64,000 bases of DNA from Naegleria gruberi (taxonomy: Eukaryota), in assembly GCA_000004985.1 (NCBI GenBank), contig GG738845.1; one strand, 5' to 3'. Within the stretch, counting starts at the first letter, position 1. Each line of letters opens with the position of its first letter. Shown piece after piece: positions 58,531 to 64,000 of this stretch. The notes under the pieces were generated by a model. That model saw only the letters and a program-made list of their open reading frames with translations, was not told the DNA's origin and searched no databases. The translations under genes were made by a program, and so were the position numbers.

Positions 58531-61500
58531 ATGACCTCATCAAGACAATCAAGCAGCAGTACCATTGGAGGAACAATTTCCTCATCAACAAATAGCTCTA
58601 CCAGTAGAACGGTCTCTGGCAGATTGAACACTTCCGGAATGTCATCAAGCGCACTCACCTCATCAAGAACACCACTTTCATCCTCAACAAGACCTTCTAG
58701 CAGTCTCTCAAACTCAAGCAATACATCGAGTCCTTCTAATGCATCTACAAAGAGTAATACAAGTGCCACTTCCAGAACCTCAGTTAAGAGTTCTATCAGT
58801 TCCACACCAACATCATCATCCTCTTCCTCTGCACTTCTTAAAAAGTCTCCTTCTAAGATTGATACTGGAAAAACAACATCCTCAACCCTTAAACCACCAA
58901 GCAGTACAAGTTTAAAATCCTCTTCAAGTGCCCTAAATACCTCTTTGAATTCAAGTACATCAACACCAATATCAAGAACAGGTTCCAGCTCCTCAGTAAA
59001 AAGTACAACCTCATCGTCAGGTGTTTCAAGAGCAAAATCTGAGGAAAAAGAAACCTTAGAAAAGCAACTGAAAGAGTTACAACATAGATTTGAGCAAGAG
59101 AAACAAAATATGGATAAATTAATTGCCGAAAAAGAAATAGAAATGAAAAATCTAGTAACAAACAATTCAGCTGGTAACCAACAGATTGATCCAACAACAA
59201 TCGAGCTCAATAATCAAATACTGTTCCTTGAAAAAGAAAAATTTGATGTTGAACAAAAGCTTGAAAACTTTAAACTTGAAATGAAAAATAGCATTCAACA
59301 ATTGAAAAATGAAAATGAAACTTTAAGAGGAGATGTAAAAGCTACTGAGGAAAAAAATAAGGAAGTGGTACAAAAATTTACAAAAGAAATAGATACTCTT
59401 AAAAAAGAAAATAGTGAATTGGAAAGTAGGCTAGAACTTGCTCAAGCTCAAATATTGAATCAGCTTTCAAACGAAGGAGCTGAATCTGAAAAGTTGGATT
59501 CCTTTTTGGAGAAAATTACGTTACTCGAAGAAGAGAAGATCAAACTCGAACAAATAGTTACCGACTCAGAAAAGGAAAATAAGAGGCAGCAATATTCATT
59601 TGAAGAAGAAAAGGAAGCTTTTAAATCTCAACAGACACAACTTGAATCAAAGATTACAGAAATTAATAGTCAAATAGACCAGATAAGAAGAGAAAAAGAA
59701 GAAACTGATAAAATGCTCAAACAATCTCAAGCTGAAATGGAATCCCTCTTGGGAAAAATCAACTCAGAAATTACAATCAGGGATAATGAGCTCTCTGTAA
59801 AGGAAGGCTCTGTATCAGAACTGAAAACAGAGATTGAGATTTTAAAAAGAAAGCTCGAAACAGAATCAGAAACCAATACCAAAAACAAAATAGTAGTACA
59901 AGAATATAACTCCTTAACCATTAAGGTTAAAACATTGGAAGACGAAAACGAAAGGCTAAAGCAAGAAAGGCAACAAGTTGAAAAGGAGAATGTTGACAAA
60001 TTGGAAAAATATAACAATGTGAAAACCAATTATGATAAAATTGTGGAAAGGGAATCCCATTTATCAACATTGGTTAATCAATTAGAATACAGATACATTG
60101 CAAAAGAAGAAGAGATTTCATTGTTACATAAGACCCTGCTAGAATTAAAACAAAAATTACAGCAGACAGAAGAAAAGTTCTCCACATCTCACACTTTAAA
60201 CTCAGAAGAGGTTAACAAACTACAGATGGATTATGAGAAATCAAAAGCTGAAACAGAATTAATTCAATCCAAACTTATCAAAGCAGAGAACGATGTCAAG
60301 TCTCTACAACAAGAGAAAATCAGTCTCAGCGCAACAATTGAGCATGAGAGGGGAAATATTAACAACCTTGAAGAGGAGTTGGAAACATTAAAGAAAACTC
60401 TTACAACCAGTCAATCACATCTTAATGAAAAGGATATCCAGCTCGAAGAGCTTAAAGCAACCCTAAATGATGTGGAAGATACTTTGAAACTTGAAATGTC
60501 TCTGAAAGACCAACTAAACTTTACACTTTCCACAGAACAAAAAAGTAGAGAGATGATTGAAAAATCCTATAAGGACTCTACAAGTTTAATTTCTACCCTT
60601 GAAAGGAAATTGGAAGAAGAAATTTATTCTAAAAAGATGGTAATAACATCTTTTGAGCAACAAATTGCCTCATTGATTACAGGAAAAGAAGAGTTATTAG
60701 GTCAAACTCAACAATTAATGACAGAGCTAGCATATGAAGTCCAAGAAAAAAAGAAATATATTCAAATCTCATCTCAAAATGAAGAATTGGTGTCAAAGGC
60801 TGCTGTTGAAATAGAGAGACTCTCCCAACAAAACTTGTCTTTGGAATCTCAATCACTATTGAATGCTTCTTCACAAAAACTAATGAAAGATGAAATTGAT
60901 GATTTAAAGAAGCAAATAGATCAAAAAAAATCAAAATTGGAAGTGTTGAGGCAAACACATGATTCAGAAATGTCTAATCAAAAAAATTACATTAACAAGG
61001 TTCAAGAATTAGAGTCAATGATTGATGTTGAGAGAAGAGAGAAGAAAGATATAAACGACAAAATGGATTTGCTATTGAAGGAAAATATGGAAAATAAGAG
61101 GAGACTTTTGGATTCAATGAAAAATGTGGAGTCATTAGAACTAACTCTTTCAATAGAAAGAAAAGAAAAAGATTTGTTTCTAACAAAGGGGAAATCTGAA
61201 CAAGAGTCAAAATTAAAACTCGAATCGCGCATATCAGAACTTGAACTTGAAAAGAAGAAACTTGTACTAGAAGTTGAAAATTCCCACGAACTTGTCTCCT
61301 CTCAAAAATTATCTTTGGAGAAATCCTTAAAAGAAGAATTTAACAAACAGAGGAAAAATGTTGAAGCCAAATTGACTGAAATGACAAACGTTAAAGATCA
61401 ATTAGAAATACTATTGACTTCAGAAAAGGAGCAAAGAACTACCTTAGAACAATCCTCCAAGAGGGAAATTAAAAAATTGCAACAAGCTTTACTCGAAGAA

Positions 61501-61815
61501 AAAGACTTTATAATAGAACTAGAAAGAAGAATACAAGAAGAGACAGCAAAGAACGGAGACCTTAACAAGAAGATAGAAGAACTATCACTAAAAAATAACA
61601 ATTTTAAAAGTGATATTGTTGTACAACACGAAGCTAAGAAAGAGGAAACTATTGCTGAAAAAATGTCAATTGAAACAACTACCCATCATCCAGACAAAAC
61701 AGTGCAAAAATCCAATGTTGGGGTAGGTCTATTAATGGGAATGGTTGGAGTTGGTATTGGAATAGTTATGCCGTCTCTCTTGAAAAAATTTGATGTTGAT
61801 GTTCCTAATGTATAG
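58531..61815 (+). CDS. Tail-anchored long coiled-coil protein (golgin-like): about 180-aa Ser/Thr-rich N-terminus, about 850-aa coiled coil, C-terminal TM VGVGLLMGMVGVGIGIVMPSLL
   Basis: Real ATG at 58531 (the ORF-track start 58513 is a TTG); heptad-rich E/K/L sequence throughout. Confidence 0.75.
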   Translation: MTSSRQSSSSTIGGTISSSTNSSTSRTVSGRLNTSGMSSSALTSSRTPLSSSTRPSSSLSNSSNTSSPSNASTKSNTSATSRTSVKSSISSTPTSSSSSSALLKKSPSKIDTGKTTSSTLKPPSSTSLKSSSSALNTSLNSSTSTPISRTGSSSSVKSTTSSSGVSRAKSEEKETLEKQLKELQHRFEQEKQNMDKLIAEKEIEMKNLVTNNSAGNQQIDPTTIELNNQILFLEKEKFDVEQKLENFKLEMKNSIQQLKNENETLRGDVKATEEKNKEVVQKFTKEIDTLKKENSELESRLELAQAQILNQLSNEGAESEKLDSFLEKITLLEEEKIKLEQIVTDSEKENKRQQYSFEEEKEAFKSQQTQLESKITEINSQIDQIRREKEETDKMLKQSQAEMESLLGKINSEITIRDNELSVKEGSVSELKTEIEILKRKLETESETNTKNKIVVQEYNSLTIKVKTLEDENERLKQERQQVEKENVDKLEKYNNVKTNYDKIVERESHLSTLVNQLEYRYIAKEEEISLLHKTLLELKQKLQQTEEKFSTSHTLNSEEVNKLQMDYEKSKAETELIQSKLIKAENDVKSLQQEKISLSATIEHERGNINNLEEELETLKKTLTTSQSHLNEKDIQLEELKATLNDVEDTLKLEMSLKDQLNFTLSTEQKSREMIEKSYKDSTSLISTLERKLEEEIYSKKMVITSFEQQIASLITGKEELLGQTQQLMTELAYEVQEKKKYIQISSQNEELVSKAAVEIERLSQQNLSLESQSLLNASSQKLMKDEIDDLKKQIDQKKSKLEVLRQTHDSEMSNQKNYINKVQELESMIDVERREKKDINDKMDLLLKENMENKRRLLDSMKNVESLELTLSIERKEKDLFLTKGKSEQESKLKLESRISELELEKKKLVLEVENSHELVSSQKLSLEKSLKEEFNKQRKNVEAKLTEMTNVKDQLEILLTSEKEQRTTLEQSSKREIKKLQQALLEEKDFIIELERRIQEETAKNGDLNKKIEELSLKNNNFKSDIVVQHEAKKEETIAEKMSIETTTHHPDKTVQKSNVGVGLLMGMVGVGIGIVMPSLLKKFDVDVPNV

Positions 61816-61820
61816 AATAT

Positions 61821-62116
61821 CTATCGCTTTGATGACCTGAGAAATTCTAGCTCCTTTCTTAAGTTCTCCACCTCTTGTTTTAAAGTTTCGTACTCCAATA
61901 AATCAATAGTAATTGTTGCTCTTTGTTTATCCTCAAGGTAGATATCTTGTTCCTCATAATCATGATTAACACTCTCCATTTCAAATCTTAATGAATCATA
62001 TCCTTTCTTTAAATTATTTTGAGAATTATGAACTACTTGTTGTGATAGTGAAGGTGATTTTTTAACAATGGCTAGGTTCTCTTCAGTCTTTTCAACACCA
62101 TCATCAATAAATTTAA
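61821..62116 (-). CDS. Same gene, exon 3/3 (…KFIDDGVEKTEENLAIVKK…LLEYETLKQEVENLRKELEFLRSSKR)
   Basis: 41-nt intron 62157-62117; stop TAG at 61823-61821, 6 bp from the convergent coiled-coil gene stop. Confidence 0.5.
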
Positions 62117-62157
62117 CTTGATAAATTGAATTGAGGGCATGAACAGCAAGAACTTAC

Positions 62158-62424
62158 TTGAATTATTTTCAAACTGATCATCATTTTCTTGGTATTGCAT
62201 GAATAGAAAGTCTTCATTTTCTAGTTCTTTATTTTGGCTGGAAGTTGTAGTAATGTGCACGGAGTTTTTCTTGCCATTGAGTTGTGTTCTTTGTAAGAAG
62301 TCTATATCAAGAGGAATTCTAGGAGATGTTTTTGTTGTTTTGACCACACAATTAGTTTTATTCTTTTGGAAAAATTCAAGTTGTGTTTGTTGATTATTCT
62401 TCTTTCCAACTCTTGAACGTGCTC
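62158..62424 (-). CDS. Same gene, exon 2/3 (GARSRVGKKNNQQTQLEFFQKNKTNCVVKTTKTSPRIPLDIDFLQ…ENNSS)
   Basis: 45-nt intron; acceptor aaattag at 62426-62425. Confidence 0.45.
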
Positions 62425-62461
62425 CTAATTTAAGGCTTTAAAAATGACAAAAGTCAACAGC

Positions 62462-62489
62462 ATTACTTACCACCAGTCCAGCGTTTCAT
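62462..62489 (-). CDS. Small hypothetical coiled-coil protein, exon 1/3 (MKRWTG)
   Basis: aaaaaaATG; GTAAGT donor at 62470-62465 (the intron begins at 62470, so the coding part of the exon is 62489-62471). Confidence 0.4.
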
Positions 62490-62493
62490 TTTT

Positions 62494-64000
62494 TTATTGT
62501 TTCGATTTTTGATCGAGATAATTCTTCAGATGATACTGTATCAGTTGTACTAACATCACCTCAGCATTCCCTCCAATGCCATTCCTTCTTGAAAACTCTT
62601 TTGCAACATTAGTTGCAATGTCACCTTCCCTAATGGTCAAAATTTTACTATTTCCCTCACTAATTTCGACGTCAAGGTTGAATAATGTTTTTCTTTTTGG
62701 CTCTGGTTTAAAATCTCTTTCCATATTTGGTTTAATTTGAAGTGGTGGTTGTAATACCTCTTCTGGTTGGTCTGATTCCTGCTCCACTTCCAAATGTTTC
62801 TTAATTTTCTCAACAATCTTTGGTAATTGTTCTCTTTTTAATCCAAATGTATTGATAAAATTTTTTGCAAGTTCTGTAATGTCATCACCTTCTCTAACCA
62901 TTATAACACCACTCTTTCCCTTTGAAATCGTGATTTTTAATTGGAGAATTGGAGGTCTGATTGGTCTTGTTTGTAAATGATCTGAAGCAAAATTGAAAGG
63001 TTGAAATGACGTAGAATTTTGAAACAAGGAATGTGCTGTTTGGTTGAATTGTTCTGCTTCTCTAATTTTTGGATTATTATTCTTTTTAAAAGAATCAGTT
63101 CCTTGTTGCTTTTCTATATATTTGTTGATGGAGTTTCTTATGTTGAACGCTATTTCTTGTCTTAATTTGGGATCTACTTGATGTTGTTTAATAACAAGAT
63201 CAGCAAGTTGGAATATGTTGTCTCCAGAAACAACACCAACTTTACATATTCTTCCCTCTCCTAGATTGATTGATAATATTAATTTTGCTCCAGAGTTGTC
63301 AAAAGTTGTTACAGGTCTGAAATAATTTAGTTTTTGAGGATTAGGAAATAAGTCAGTTTCAACAACGGGTACGACAAAGCCCTCCTTTGTCTCTTGATAG
63401 CTTTGAACCTTATGAGTAAAATTGGCTTTGGTTGATGAAGGAAATCTTAGTTCTTCTTGTGTTTCTGTAGTTGGAGGAAGTGTAATAAATCCTGAGGCAT
63501 TGATTCCATACATTTCACTATTGGTTTGAAAATCGTTGAAATCTGGTACATAAGAATCTTGTATTTGTTTTGATCTGGCGAAATCAGTTGGTGTTTGAGA
63601 AGATGAGCTCACCTTCTTTTTTAATTGGGATGTTGGAGTCCTAAACTCATCAGTTAAATTTGGACCAGTATTGTACAGGGGTATTTTTGATTGTTCGACA
63701 TTAGAGGGTTGAGGTTGTGAACTGTTGTAATTTTGATTCATAGAAGAAGGGATATTTTGATAGAGACTTGTTTCATTTCTGGAATGAGGATTATTTTGAT
63801 AATTCATGGAATTGATGCTATCATCATTCGTAGATGGAGGGTTATTTTGGTACAGGTTTGATTCAATTCTGGAATGAGGATTATTTTGGTGCATACTTGA
63901 TCCATTTCTTGGTGTTGTTGGTAACACTTGAAATGATGATGAACTAATTTCTTGTGGAATATCATCGTTTTCTTTTAAAATAGAAACCAAATGGGATATC
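62494..64000 (-). CDS. 3' part of a gene running off the window (500 or more aa): N-terminal Asn/Pro/Ser-rich low-complexity region with internal repeats (YQNNPHSR…), then three approximately 45-aa ubiquitin-fold-like repeats (G..I.(V/I)REGD.I..(L/V)AK.F)
   Basis: ORF open to the window edge (the reported start 63990 is a TTG); stop TAA at 62496-62494. Confidence 0.6.
   Translation of the reverse strand, partial: ISHLVSILKENDDIPQEISSSSFQVLPTTPRNGSSMHQNNPHSRIESNLYQNNPPSTNDDSINSMNYQNNPHSRNETSLYQNIPSSMNQNYNSSQPQPSNVEQSKIPLYNTGPNLTDEFRTPTSQLKKKVSSSSQTPTDFARSKQIQDSYVPDFNDFQTNSEMYGINASGFITLPPTTETQEELRFPSSTKANFTHKVQSYQETKEGFVVPVVETDLFPNPQKLNYFRPVTTFDNSGAKLILSINLGEGRICKVGVVSGDNIFQLADLVIKQHQVDPKLRQEIAFNIRNSINKYIEKQQGTDSFKKNNNPKIREAEQFNQTAHSLFQNSTSFQPFNFASDHLQTRPIRPPILQLKITISKGKSGVIMVREGDDITELAKNFINTFGLKREQLPKIVEKIKKHLEVEQESDQPEEVLQPPLQIKPNMERDFKPEPKRKTLFNLDVEISEGNSKILTIREGDIATNVAKEFSRRNGIGGNAEVMLVQLIQYHLKNYLDQKSKQ

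Noticed and set aside
58353-59210. 285-aa minus-strand ORF rich in E/D/L
   Set aside because: Antisense of the Ser/Thr-rich (tca/agc-rich) N-terminus of the coiled-coil gene; low-complexity mirror ORF
1-64000. CRISPR arrays, rRNA genes, tRNA genes
   Set aside because: Eukaryotic nuclear sequence with no direct-repeat/spacer architecture; no rRNA-like conserved blocks or convincing tRNA cloverleafs found by eye

Overview
This window is a chromosome end from an AT-rich eukaryote, roughly 30% GC overall. It uses the standard genetic code: ORFs of 1,000-1,770 aa carry no internal TAA/TAG. Introns are very short, mostly 39-51 nt. Donor sites are GTAAGT, GTATGT or GTTTGT, and at least one intron carries a TACTAAC branch-point-like motif.

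Bases 1-274 are a terminal (CCCAAA)n array, i.e. a T3G3 telomere, in left-end orientation. From about 275 to 11,300 there is a mosaic of subtelomeric repeat modules, here called X, Y, Z, W and T. The X+Y junction recurs three times, and the approximately 1.3-kb Z module and the approximately 230-bp telomere-proximal T element each occur at least twice. A 4-copy 330-bp satellite at 2700-4045 abuts a second, internal telomeric tract at 4096-4360. There are seven 50-nt N-runs, which are scaffold gaps.

From 11.3 kb onward the sequence is an extremely compact gene-dense region. It contains about 25 protein-coding genes, with bidirectional promoters of under 250 bp and convergent genes whose stop codons overlap. 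Recognised genes include:
- a giant EGF/PKD-like type-I surface protein, with its 5' end lost in a gap
- actin
- a TPR+MYND protein
- a receptor-type class III nucleotidyl cyclase with periplasmic-binding-protein-like ectodomains
- a Rho-family GTPase
- an alkaline ceramidase
- a Yip1-family protein
- RNA polymerase I/III subunit RPAC1
- a TEX10/Ipi1 homologue
- an exportin-5-like karyopherin
- a six-transmembrane cyclic-nucleotide-binding cation channel with an extra C-terminal domain
- ORC6
- an organellar-type glutamyl-tRNA synthetase
- a tail-anchored coiled-coil protein.

The unusual items are:
- an intron-delimited, modular, signal-peptide-bearing Gly/Lys-rich repeat protein with an acidic (EQPAIEQP)n tail, which is a candidate precursor for multiple cationic peptides and contains an apparent 1-nt frameshift
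- a secreted Cys/Lys/Tyr-rich repeat protein
- a GC-rich ORF-free structured island at 19.6 kb, which is a possible ncRNA or transposable-element relic
- the internal telomere tract.

The supplied ORF track treats TTG/GTG as start codons, so many listed ORF starts are not real ATGs. I re-derived start codons and exon junctions by hand where stated. The organism could not be identified. The T3G3 repeat is Paramecium-like, but the genetic code is not.
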